Positions 28,173-36,516 of a stretch of 64,000 nucleotides of DNA are shown piece by piece; the first letter of the stretch is position 1, and every line of letters begins with the position of its first letter. The stretch covers positions 6,212 through 70,211 of the forward strand of contig MFEY01000007.1 in the NCBI GenBank assembly GCA_001780035.1, read 5' to 3'. The notes beneath the pieces are model-generated. The model made no database searches. It saw only the letters and a list, made by a program, of their open reading frames with translations, and was not told where the DNA came from. Both the position numbers and the translations under genes were made by a program. The DNA is from Candidatus Doudnabacteria bacterium RIFCSPHIGHO2_12_FULL_48_16 (GTDB taxonomy: Bacteria; Patescibacteriota; Doudnabacteria; UBA920; O2-02-FULL-48-8).

Positions 28173-29078
28173 CTATTCATGTTCGCTCCTAATCTTCCCT
28201 CCCAGGGTTCTTAATTCTTTTAAGGCAATATGGGCTTGCTCATTTTTCGGCGGCGCGCCGGACGGCTCGATTGTGCCTGGCGGGTTGCCATGCCACTCGT
28301 AGCGATATTCCATAAAATCCACGCCCTTGCCCGGAATGGTGTGGCAAATGATGACCGTGGGCTTTTCGTAGATGGCCTTGGCCTGATTGCAGGCGTCGAT
28401 AATCTCGCGCATGTTGTGCCCGTCGATTTCCAAAACATGCCAGCCAAACGCTTCCCATTTGGCCGCAAGAGGCTCGAGCGGCATAATGTCTTCCGTGTAG
28501 CCGTCAATCTGGATGTTGTTCCGGTCAATTAACGCGGTTAAATTCCGAAGTTTGTTTTTGGCCGCAAACATCGCGGCTTCCCAAGTCTGGCCTTCTTCCT
28601 GCTCACCGTCGGACATGACGCAATACACGCGCCATGGCTCTTGTTTTCCGCCAGAGGCGGATCCGCCTTTGGCGGACATTCTCAGCCCGACATAAGCCAT
28701 ACCGGCGGCCTGCGACAATCCCTGGCCCAAAGGCCCGGAAGAATTCTCGGCGCCCGGCAATTCCTCGCCGTGCGGATGGCCCTGCAGCCGGCTTCCCAGT
28801 TTGCGCAGCGTGGCCAATTCCGCATGGGGAAAAAATCCGGCATGAGCCAAAGTCGCATACCAGACCGGACAAATGTGCCCGCAGGACAGAACAAACCGGT
28901 CGCGATCGGCCGCCGCCGGATTCTTACCGTCGACATTCATGACCGCGAAATAAAGCGCCGTGAACACATCCGCCATGCCCAAAGGGCCGGCTGAGTGCCC
29001 GGACTTGGCATGCACCAGCATCTTAATAATATCCTGACGGATTTCGTTGGCTTTTTGTTCCAGTTGCTGAATGGTCAT
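28173..29078 (-). CDS. tktA: Transketolase N-terminal subunit (thiamine-diphosphate-binding)
   Basis: …SGHSAGPLGMADVF…GHPHGEELPGAENSSGPLGQGL… The start is trimmed to the MTIQQLEQKANEIRQ Met. Confidence 0.85.
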   Translation of the reverse strand: MTIQQLEQKANEIRQDIIKMLVHAKSGHSAGPLGMADVFTALYFAVMNVDGKNPAAADRDRFVLSCGHICPVWYATLAHAGFFPHAELATLRKLGSRLQGHPHGEELPGAENSSGPLGQGLSQAAGMAYVGLRMSAKGGSASGGKQEPWRVYCVMSDGEQEEGQTWEAAMFAAKNKLRNLTALIDRNNIQIDGYTEDIMPLEPLAAKWEAFGWHVLEIDGHNMREIIDACNQAKAIYEKPTVIICHTIPGKGVDFMEYRYEWHGNPPGTIEPSGAPPKNEQAHIALKELRTLGGKIRSEHE

Positions 29079-29083
29079 AATTT

Positions 29084-29293
29084 TTATAGTGGCAACGGAC
29101 AGCTTTGATTGAGGCAATTTTGCTTCTGAACCCTTTGCTCGGCTTTCCATTTCAAATAATCGTTCATCGTTTTTCTGGAAGTATAATTATTTGGCCAATA
29201 TCCTTCCGTAACCTTAACAATCGGGATTTGGAACCAACCATACAAGCCCACGGCCGTCAGAATCAATATCGTGCTAATAACTTTATTAGTCAT
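29084..29293 (-). CDS. Small membrane protein
   Basis: 69 aa with one transmembrane helix (VISTILILTAVGLYGWF). Confidence 0.3.
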   Translation of the reverse strand: MTNKVISTILILTAVGLYGWFQIPIVKVTEGYWPNNYTSRKTMNDYLKWKAEQRVQKQNCLNQSCPLPL

Positions 29294-29309
29294 ATTTATG
29301 TTTCTCGAC

Positions 29310-29439
29310 GTCTTTGCGAGGAACCGCTTTATTATTTTAGGTTTAACCTTGGCGGCGACGAAGCAATCTCTTTTAAGCGGCGAGATTGCTTCGCGGCGGC
29401 TTAAACTAATTCTTAATAAGTTCCGCCGCTCGCAAAGAC
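29310..29439. repeat. IR-B element, copy d
   Basis: gtctttgcgagg…cgaagcaatctcttttaagcggcgagattgcttcg…cgctcgcaaagac. Confidence 0.55.
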
Positions 29440-29452
29440 AAAAGCTTTTTAC

Positions 29453-30127
29453 TTATGTTTCAATGTCTGCTTTCAAAGATTCGATTGCCATTTCTTCATC
29501 TTCGGAACGCGTAATTGCGGAGCCAGCGACCAAAATATCGGCTCCGGCTTTGGCCAGCTGCCGGGCAATTCCCACTTTCACGCCCCCATCTACACAAATT
29601 ATGACACTTTTGGATAGCTGCCGCAATTCTTTGACTTTTTCAATAATGGCGACCTGAAACGGCCGGCCCTGGAACCCGGGGTGAATGCCCATGAGCTGAA
29701 TCAGCGGCACCTGATCGAGAAATTTGGCGGCGGAATAAAGCGGCGTTTCGGGATTGAGCACCAGGCCGGGCTTTAAGCCCAAGGCCGCGGCCGCGGCGAT
29801 CGTGGCCGCAAACTCCTGATCGTTTGTCATGGCTTCGTAGTGAAACAAAACCCATTCGAACCCGGCGGCTTTGGCGGCGGCAAAATATTTTTGGGGGTCA
29901 ATGGTCATAAAATGCGCAACGAGCGTAAACGGCGAAGATTTAAGAAAACCCAGGTCCGCCGGCAGAACGGTCAGGTTGTGTATAAATTTATCATCAATGA
30001 AATCAACGTGGAGTTTTTTAAAATAGTGGCCTAAAGCAAAAAGTTCCGCGTATTTTTTGCGGAAGTCCGAAACATCATTGGTTAGTATCGCTGGTGAAAT
30101 CTCCGTCATGGCATTACTACGATACAT
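29453..30127 (-). CDS. rpe: Ribulose-phosphate 3-epimerase
   Basis: A TIM-barrel RPE (…KLHVDFIDDKF…, …VDGGV…). 224 aa. Confidence 0.85.
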   Translation of the reverse strand: MYRSNAMTEISPAILTNDVSDFRKKYAELFALGHYFKKLHVDFIDDKFIHNLTVLPADLGFLKSSPFTLVAHFMTIDPQKYFAAAKAAGFEWVLFHYEAMTNDQEFAATIAAAAALGLKPGLVLNPETPLYSAAKFLDQVPLIQLMGIHPGFQGRPFQVAIIEKVKELRQLSKSVIICVDGGVKVGIARQLAKAGADILVAGSAITRSEDEEMAIESLKADIET

Positions 30128-30279
30128 GGAAGTATCATAGTAGTAAATCCTTATTTAGAAGAATTACGTTTAATTCTGTTCCTTATAGACTTTTGTATGG
30201 CCCGAGCGCCGACAGAGACAGCGTCAAACAATACCGTTTCTCCTGTCAGTTTTGGTCGAGTTCGTCTTTCAAGATAATC

Positions 30280-30627
30280 TTATTTTTTTATGATTTTACG
30301 CTGTCTGCTGCGATCCAATCTGTTTAATTTATCATGAGCCTTTCTATAGCCATTGCCTTTTTGGGCCAAAATATTGCTAACTTGGGCAATCGTGCCCTGA
30401 GTTACATGGAGTTCTTCAGAGATCTGATCGTATTTTTGTGCTTCAAGAAGACGTCGTGCGATTTCCAAACGTTTTGCAAACATTTTGTATTCTGTATGCG
30501 TAAACATGTCTTTAAAAAGTAACTGGATATCATCCTTACTGTCCATCAAAGCAAAAGCTGCCCCTAGGTTATTCACGTATAAACCGAAGTCTTTTGGATC
30601 AAGCCCTAATTTAGATAATTTCGCCAT
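30280..30627 (-). CDS. TrpR/YerC-family small DNA-binding protein
   Basis: …ISEELHVTQGTIAQVSNIL… is an HTH in the Trp-repressor-like YerC/YecD family. 115 aa. Confidence 0.55.
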   Translation of the reverse strand: MAKLSKLGLDPKDFGLYVNNLGAAFALMDSKDDIQLLFKDMFTHTEYKMFAKRLEIARRLLEAQKYDQISEELHVTQGTIAQVSNILAQKGNGYRKAHDKLNRLDRSRQRKIIKK

Positions 30628-30678
30628 TTTTATTTATTAGCACTACGATACATGGAACTATTAGAGTATTTAAACTGA

Positions 30679-31167
30679 TTAAAGATTGATATCAATCTTC
30701 TTAACTTTGTTGACGCGGCGGACGAATCGTTCCTGCGGATCAAACGGCGTGGTCAGAAAAGTGTGGACAATTTTTTTGGCTTCGGGAATGCTCGTGTAGT
30801 CGGCGGCCAGACACAAAATATTCGCGTCATCGTCATTTCTTGCCGCATGAGCGGTTTTGTCATTCCAGGCCAGGGCCGCCCGGGCGCCTTTGGCTTTGTT
30901 GGCCACGATCGATTCACCTTGCCCCGAACGGCAGATCAGCACGCCCATGGAGCCTTGCATGCTGCCCACTTTCACCGCCACCGGCCAGGAAAAATCCGGA
31001 TAATCATCATCGGGTGTATATGTATGAGCGCCGAGATCTTGAAATTCGAAGTGCCACTCCGCGAGCCAAGTTTTAATTTCTTCTTTCAATTTATAACCAC
31101 CATGGTCAGCCCCTAAATATACTTTCATTTTTTTCTTTAAGCGAGGGCTGCTATTTTTTGAGGACAA
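30679..31167 (-). CDS. rpiB: Ribose-5-phosphate isomerase B
   Basis: MKVYLGADHGGYKLKEEI…GVLICRSGQGESIVANK… is the RpiB/LacAB fold. Confidence 0.85.
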   Translation of the reverse strand: MSSKNSSPRLKKKMKVYLGADHGGYKLKEEIKTWLAEWHFEFQDLGAHTYTPDDDYPDFSWPVAVKVGSMQGSMGVLICRSGQGESIVANKAKGARAALAWNDKTAHAARNDDDANILCLAADYTSIPEAKKIVHTFLTTPFDPQERFVRRVNKVKKIDINL

Positions 31168-31248
31168 CGTCGAGGACTTTCCAATGTCCGAGACTTTAGT
31201 CCGCCTACAGCGGACGTGTCCGAAAAAAATAATCTGCCCGAGCGGCCC

Positions 31249-32043
31249 TTACCGATGTATACTTTCACGTTCGAACTCCTTGATTATTTCATAAAAATTA
31301 TCGGCGTTGAGGCTGGCCGCGCCGACCAAAGCGCCGCTGATTTCCGGATAGCGAGCATAGAGGCTGACATTGTCTTTGTTCACGGTGCCGCCATAAAGCA
31401 CTTTGGCCTTTCGGGCCTTAGCTGCCGGCATATGGCGCTCCAATATTTGGTAAATATGCTCGATGACATCCCGCGCATGTTCGCCGCTGGCCGGTTTGGA
31501 ATTTTTCATGGTCGAGATGGCCCAGACCGGTTCATAGGCATAGACAATTTTTTTCAGATCCTCCGCGGCAACATTGTGGATGCATTTAACAAACTGTTTG
31601 GTGACCAGAGTTTTCATTTCGCTCTCAATCGCCCCCTCTTCGCCGCCTAGGCACAAAATCGGAATCAGTTTGTGTTGCAGAGCGGCAATCAATTTGGCAT
31701 TAACTACTGAATCGGTTTCACCCTGATACATCCGCCGCTCCGAATGACCCAAAATCACATACTCAACGCCGAGATCGGCCAGTTCGCCGGCGGAAATTTC
31801 ACCAGTCATGCTGCCCGCTGCCGCAAAGCTTACATCCTGGGCGCCTAATTTTAAATTATGGCGCCGCTTGGCACATTCCGCCAAAAATACAAACGGCGGG
31901 CAAATCACGTTCTCGCAATTTGGCTCGCTGTCCTTCAAATAACGCTCCAGCGATTTGATCAGTTCGACGGCTTGCTCTTGCGTCTCCGGGTTCATTTTCC
32001 AATTACCGACAACCAACTTTTTCAAGTGCAAATTAGTCCTCAA
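31249..32043 (-). CDS. tpiA: Triosephosphate isomerase
   Basis: …VVGNWKMN…, …ILGHSERR…, …YEPVWAI… 264 aa. Confidence 0.85.
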   Translation of the reverse strand: MRTNLHLKKLVVGNWKMNPETQEQAVELIKSLERYLKDSEPNCENVICPPFVFLAECAKRRHNLKLGAQDVSFAAAGSMTGEISAGELADLGVEYVILGHSERRMYQGETDSVVNAKLIAALQHKLIPILCLGGEEGAIESEMKTLVTKQFVKCIHNVAAEDLKKIVYAYEPVWAISTMKNSKPASGEHARDVIEHIYQILERHMPAAKARKAKVLYGGTVNKDNVSLYARYPEISGALVGAASLNADNFYEIIKEFERESIHR

Positions 32044-32563
32044 TGGGAATAAGATTAAAAGTCAAAAGAATTTTGTTAATGTCGGATTTGGATCCCCGGA
32101 TAACGTAAATATGCCGGTCCGTTTTGGCTAAGACGACACCCTCCACACGGCCACCGCCCAAATCATTGACGATACCGGTGGCTTTCACGCCGTCAACCAT
32201 GACTGGGCTTTCCGAGATAACGTTCAACGGTTTGCGGATCGTTCGTTCGGCATTCGGTTTATAAACGCTGACTTCGATTCCCTGTCCGCTCTCCGGTGCA
32301 AATATGGCGCTGACCTCATCGGCTTCCACGGCCCAGGAGGCCGGATAGCGCAGCGAAAAACCCAATTTGGGGTTTTCGTAAGTGTGCCAGGAAACAAAGG
32401 TTTGTTCGGCGACCTGGCTGCTCTGAGCTTCGTCGCTGACTTTGATGTATCCGATCAATGCGATAGCCACGAATAATACATAGGCAATGGCCCAAATCAG
32501 CCAGCGGTTATGATGGACTTTAATTTTATGCAAGCGGTAGATTGGGTGTTTTTGTTTGGCCAT
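32033..32563 (-). CDS. Membrane-anchored extracytoplasmic protein, distantly related to the paralog family
   Basis: An N-terminal transmembrane segment, then …VSWHTYENPKLGFSLRYPASW…. Confidence 0.4.
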   Translation of the reverse strand: MAKQKHPIYRLHKIKVHHNRWLIWAIAYVLFVAIALIGYIKVSDEAQSSQVAEQTFVSWHTYENPKLGFSLRYPASWAVEADEVSAIFAPESGQGIEVSVYKPNAERTIRKPLNVISESPVMVDGVKATGIVNDLGGGRVEGVVLAKTDRHIYVIRGSKSDINKILLTFNLIPIED

Positions 32564-32592
32564 AGATTTATTTCTGATTTTTAATTTAAAAT

Positions 32593-32997
32593 TTATAATT
32601 TTTTGTCGAGGTATTGCTGCAGCATTAGCTGGGCCGCGATATTGTCTTTCATGTCTCGTTGCGATTTTTCCGACAGGCCCTGGCTGGCCAGGGTTTTGCC
32701 GGCGGCCACGGAACTAAATCGCTCGTCCAATATTTCAACCGGCTGAACCAGCTGGCTTTTCAACAGGGCGATGAACACCTCAGCGCTCTGGGTGCTGGCC
32801 GTATCCTGTCCGGCCAATCCTTTAGGCAGGCCAATCAACACCTTTTCCACGCCCAGGTCGCTGATTATCTGTTTAATTTCCGCCAGGGCGTTTTTGCTGT
32901 CAATGAATTTTTCGAGCGGAAAAGAAAATTTTCCCTCCGGATCCGACACAGCGCCGCCGATCCGCACTGTCCCCCAATCAAGCGCCAGCATTCTCAT
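32593..32997 (-). CDS. ruvX: Holliday-junction-resolvase-like nuclease YqgF/RuvX
   Basis: MRMLALDWGTVRIGGAVSD…LIGLPKGLAG… is the RNase H-like YqgF signature. Confidence 0.8.
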   Translation of the reverse strand: MRMLALDWGTVRIGGAVSDPEGKFSFPLEKFIDSKNALAEIKQIISDLGVEKVLIGLPKGLAGQDTASTQSAEVFIALLKSQLVQPVEILDERFSSVAAGKTLASQGLSEKSQRDMKDNIAAQLMLQQYLDKKL

Positions 32998-33003
32998 CGG
33001 ATA

Positions 33004-34239
33004 TTATTTCGTTTCCCCCAAAGTAACCGTGATATCCTTCGTGGTCCCCTTGGTTAAAATTTTCATCTTCACCACATCATCGGGATTGTAATCTTTGATC
33101 ACCTGAGCCAGACTGTGCTCCTGGTTGATTTGAACGCCGTTAAATTCCAAAATAATATCGCCCTCCTTAAGACCGGCCTTTTCCGCAGACGAGCCAGGGG
33201 CCACGGCCGGATTGCCGGCTGTGCCGGGGACGATGAACGCCCCATAATTTACGGCCAGTTTGTTTTCTTCTTTGATCGTATCGTTGATTAAGACATAGCG
33301 CACCCCCAGAAACGGCTTCACGATCCGGCCAAATTTATTGAAACTTTCGAGGTCTTTTTTGAAATCGTTGATTGGAATGGCAAAGCCCACCAGCTGGCCC
33401 TGCCGATCAATGGCTGTATTAATGCCGATCACGCTGCCGCCGATATCGAGCAGCGGCCCGCCGGAATTTCCCGGATTGATGGCAGCATCGGTTTGGATGA
33501 CTCCCTCCAACTGTTCCGAACCGGAACTGACCCCATTGGCCGTGATGGTTCGACCGATGCCGGAGACAACCCCGGTCGTGACCGTGTTGCGATACTGGCC
33601 CAAAGAATTGCCGATCGCGATGACTTTCTGGCCGATCTCGAGTTTCGTCGTGTCGCCGAGGCTCAGCGTCGGCAGGCCGCTGGCCTTAATTTTAACCAAA
33701 GCCAAATCGTTGATCGGGTCGCGCGACAGCACTTCCGCGTCATATTTTTTGCCGTCATTGGTCAATACGGTATAAGTGGCGGCGGTGTCTTCCACCACAT
33801 GCTTGTTGGTCGCGATCAATCCGTCACTCGAAATAATAAAGCCGCTGCCGCCACCGACTTCTTGAATGTTCGGCTGAACGGAGCCAGAATTGTTGCGGTT
33901 GTTATAAAACGGATCGAGGCCGAACGGCCCCAGATCAAACGGCGAAGTTGAGTAACCGGGAATCTTGTTTAAATCCTTGGAAATAATAATCGAGACCACG
34001 GCCGGGCTGGCCCGCTTAACCACGTCGACCACGGCCGACTCTTCCGAAACCTGGATGGTTCTGACTCCGGTTAGCGATTGATTGGCCGGACCTTGGGAGA
34101 GAAAAGTCGAACCAAAGATCGAACCGGCAATGCCGAATAAAAAACTTAGTAAAATTACGAACGTAATCTGCCGGATACTGGATTTGTCCCCGTCCCGCGG
34201 GATGTCCGCAGTCAAGGCTTTATGAGTGTTATCGTCCAT
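33004..34239 (-). CDS. htrA: HtrA/DegP-family serine protease with a C-terminal PDZ domain
   Basis: Trypsin-like catalytic GNSGGPL, an N-terminal transmembrane segment, and a PDZ domain (…GDIILEFNGVQI…). Confidence 0.85.
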   Translation of the reverse strand: MDDNTHKALTADIPRDGDKSSIRQITFVILLSFLFGIAGSIFGSTFLSQGPANQSLTGVRTIQVSEESAVVDVVKRASPAVVSIIISKDLNKIPGYSTSPFDLGPFGLDPFYNNRNNSGSVQPNIQEVGGGSGFIISSDGLIATNKHVVEDTAATYTVLTNDGKKYDAEVLSRDPINDLALVKIKASGLPTLSLGDTTKLEIGQKVIAIGNSLGQYRNTVTTGVVSGIGRTITANGVSSGSEQLEGVIQTDAAINPGNSGGPLLDIGGSVIGINTAIDRQGQLVGFAIPINDFKKDLESFNKFGRIVKPFLGVRYVLINDTIKEENKLAVNYGAFIVPGTAGNPAVAPGSSAEKAGLKEGDIILEFNGVQINQEHSLAQVIKDYNPDDVVKMKILTKGTTKDITVTLGETK

Positions 34240-34316
34240 GTTTTAATCTTAATTTCTTTATTTTTTTATCGTTTTGAATCATTCGGCATTACAGTGATGA
34301 GTTTATTATACCATAT

Positions 34317-35078
34317 TTACGCTGTAAGTATGTCGCAACCAGTTGCGGTCACGAGCAGCGTATGTTCCATATGAGCCGAGCGGGAGCCGTCCGCAGTGCG
34401 GATCGTCCACCCGTCCGGATCAAAGGTGATGGCCCAATCCCCGGCGTTGACCATGGGCTCCACTGCAATAACCATGCCTTCAACCAGTTTTGTTCCCACG
34501 CCTTTCTTGCCAAAACCCGGAATTTCCGGTTCCTCGTGGACCGCAGCTCCGACGCCGTGGCCGACCAGATTCCTTACCACCTGAAACCCGTAGCGGGTGG
34601 CGGCCGATTCGGTCGCGAAGCCGACATCGCCCGTGGTTTTTCCCGGAGCAACCTGTTCAATCGCCTTCTTTAGGCATTCAGTGGCAGCTTCAATCAGCTT
34701 CAAGGATTGCTTGTCGACCTGCCCAACCGGAACGGTTATGGCGGCATCGGTAAAAAATCCTTGGTAGTTGACTCCCAAATCCAGGCCGACGATATCGCCG
34801 TTTTTTAAAATTTTATTCTTAGCCGGGATGCCGTGGACAACCTCATCGTTGACCGAAACGCAAAGGGTCGCCGGAAACGGCTTGTCGTCCGGGCTGGATT
34901 TATAATTTTTAAATGCCGGGACCGCCCCCGCCTTGCTGATTTCCTCTTCTGCCAATTGATTCAGCTCATAGGCGGAAACGCCGGGAGCCACCCGGCGAGC
35001 GACAAGCTTTAAAGTCCGGGCCAAAATTTGCCCGCTTTGTCTAAGTAGTTCGATTTGCTTGGGATCGTGCGTAATCAT
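34317..35078 (-). CDS. map: Methionine aminopeptidase, type I
   Basis: Pita-bread fold with metal ligands (…VDGV…, …HGIGR… replaced here by the HGVG context). The 253-aa product is collinear with MAP. Confidence 0.9.
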   Translation of the reverse strand: MITHDPKQIELLRQSGQILARTLKLVARRVAPGVSAYELNQLAEEEISKAGAVPAFKNYKSSPDDKPFPATLCVSVNDEVVHGIPAKNKILKNGDIVGLDLGVNYQGFFTDAAITVPVGQVDKQSLKLIEAATECLKKAIEQVAPGKTTGDVGFATESAATRYGFQVVRNLVGHGVGAAVHEEPEIPGFGKKGVGTKLVEGMVIAVEPMVNAGDWAITFDPDGWTIRTADGSRSAHMEHTLLVTATGCDILTA

Positions 35079-35637
35079 TTATTGTTTTTTGAATATCGCG
35101 GGTAACCTTAAATATGTGCTGGTTCCCATTTATAAATTTAAGTTTGCCCAAAGCCTGAAAATATTTTACGGTCTGCCCCACTTGTTTTTTGTGCCAATTA
35201 ATCCGCCGTTCAATCAGGGCCTTCCTTAAATCATCGTGGCGCATCCGATAAAAACTCCGCTTGATAATTTCCTTAACCGGAAGTTTGACGTAAAAAGCCA
35301 AAAAATCCCGACTGTGTTTCTTCAAAAGTTTGACTAAAAACTGGGCTTCGGGTTTAAGTTTGGGGTTGCCGACGAAAACCAGATTCTTCTTTTTCGGGGC
35401 GATTTGAATTTCTTTGGTTAGAAAAATTTTCATGACGGCCACCGGGGCCGGTTTGGCCTGGCCGACCGTGCGCCGCAGGGTTTTTCCGAACGCAGATTTG
35501 TCCCTTATGTGCCGCCGAAAATACTCACCTGATTCCACTCGTTTTAATTCGTAGTGGTTCGCTAACAGACGGGCCTGGGTGTCTTTGCCCGAAGCCGGAG
35601 CGCCCAAAAAAATTAAATCAAATCCAAGCTTTTTCAT
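35041..35637 (-). CDS. Divergent P-loop nucleoside-monophosphate kinase (adenylate-kinase-like paralog)
   Basis: LIFLGAPASGKDTQARLLANHYELKRVESGEYFRR resembles the adk P-loop and NMP-binding region GAPGSGKGTQ…ISTGDLLR. The rest is divergent. 198 aa. Confidence 0.5.
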   Translation of the reverse strand: MKKLGFDLIFLGAPASGKDTQARLLANHYELKRVESGEYFRRHIRDKSAFGKTLRRTVGQAKPAPVAVMKIFLTKEIQIAPKKKNLVFVGNPKLKPEAQFLVKLLKKHSRDFLAFYVKLPVKEIIKRSFYRMRHDDLRKALIERRINWHKKQVGQTVKYFQALGKLKFINGNQHIFKVTRDIQKTINDYARSQANRTT

Positions 35638-35646
35638 AGATTAGGT

Positions 35647-35748
35647 TGTCTTTCGGGACTGCCGCTTAAGCTAAAGGTCCGACCTTTTGCTTAAACTGGC
35701 GCTTTGTATCAAGGTCGGACCTTGAACCAAGCGGTCGCTCGCAAAGAC
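35647..35748. repeat. IR-B element, copy e (variant left arm)
   Basis: gtctttcggga…aaggtccgaccttt…aaggtcggaccttg…cgctcgcaaagac. Confidence 0.45.
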
Positions 35749-35749
35749 A

Positions 35750-36328
35750 TTACTTAATTCCCAATTTTTTCAATATCTCCTGGTGCACAGCTTCAATCGG
35801 CTGATCGCCGTTAATGTGGATCAAAAAGCCCTTCTGTTCGTAATAATCCTTAACCGGAGCGGTTTTTAACATGTATTGATCGAATCTTTTTTCAACTACA
35901 GCCGGATCGTCATCCGCGCGGCCGGCAACTGAGCCGCGTTTGAGTATCCGGTCTTTTAATTTTTTCTTATCGACTTCCAAAAATAAAGCTTGAAGATTGC
36001 GAATCTCATACCTTTCCATTATGTTTTCGAGCAGTTGGGCTTGTTCAATCGTTCTGGGGTATCCATCCAAGATGACACCGGGTTTGTCGACCAGAGTTTC
36101 AAATTTTTTGGTAAAAATTTCCGTAATGATATCAATCGGCAAAATAAACCCCTGATCGATAATTGATTTTATCTTATGGCCAAAATCATCTTTATGAGTT
36201 GCATATTCGCGCGACAAGGCTCCGGTGCTGAAATATTCATAACCTGATTTTTTCGCTAAAAGTTCGGTCTGCGTTCCTTTGCCCGAACCGGGCGCGCCCA
36301 TGAAGACAATGATATTTTCGAGTTTCAC
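35750..36328 (-). CDS. adk: Adenylate kinase
   Basis: VFMGAPGSGKGTQ P-loop, …GFILDGYPRT… and the LID-region motifs. It uses a GTG start immediately after the IR-A arm. Confidence 0.9.
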   Translation of the reverse strand: MKLENIIVFMGAPGSGKGTQTELLAKKSGYEYFSTGALSREYATHKDDFGHKIKSIIDQGFILPIDIITEIFTKKFETLVDKPGVILDGYPRTIEQAQLLENIMERYEIRNLQALFLEVDKKKLKDRILKRGSVAGRADDDPAVVEKRFDQYMLKTAPVKDYYEQKGFLIHINGDQPIEAVHQEILKKLGIK

Positions 36329-36434
36329 CCCGTTAGAAATAATGATTAGTTAGTAACTGATTTAATTTATAATCTGTGCAATAAATACTCGTTGATCCTG
36401 TAGAATACTATGTGCAATTTCTAACAGGATTCAT
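36329..36434 (-). mobile_element. IR-A element, copy 2, upstream of adk
   Basis: Minus orientation: ATGAAT-CCTGTTAGAAAT…CTAACTAATCATT-ATTTCTAACGGG-GTGAAA. Confidence 0.55.
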
Positions 36435-36516
36435 GTAATTATTATAGCCAATTTTAAGCAAAATTTAAAGGGTCAACCGCTGTTGGCCCTTTAAATAATA
36501 CTGATTTAAATCAGTA

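Noticed and set aside
28220-28994. A cluster of overlapping ORFs in several frames (28220-28994) that looks locally high-GC
   Set aside because: They all lie inside the transketolase N-terminal subunit gene. The local GC rise just reflects the coding composition of that conserved enzyme.
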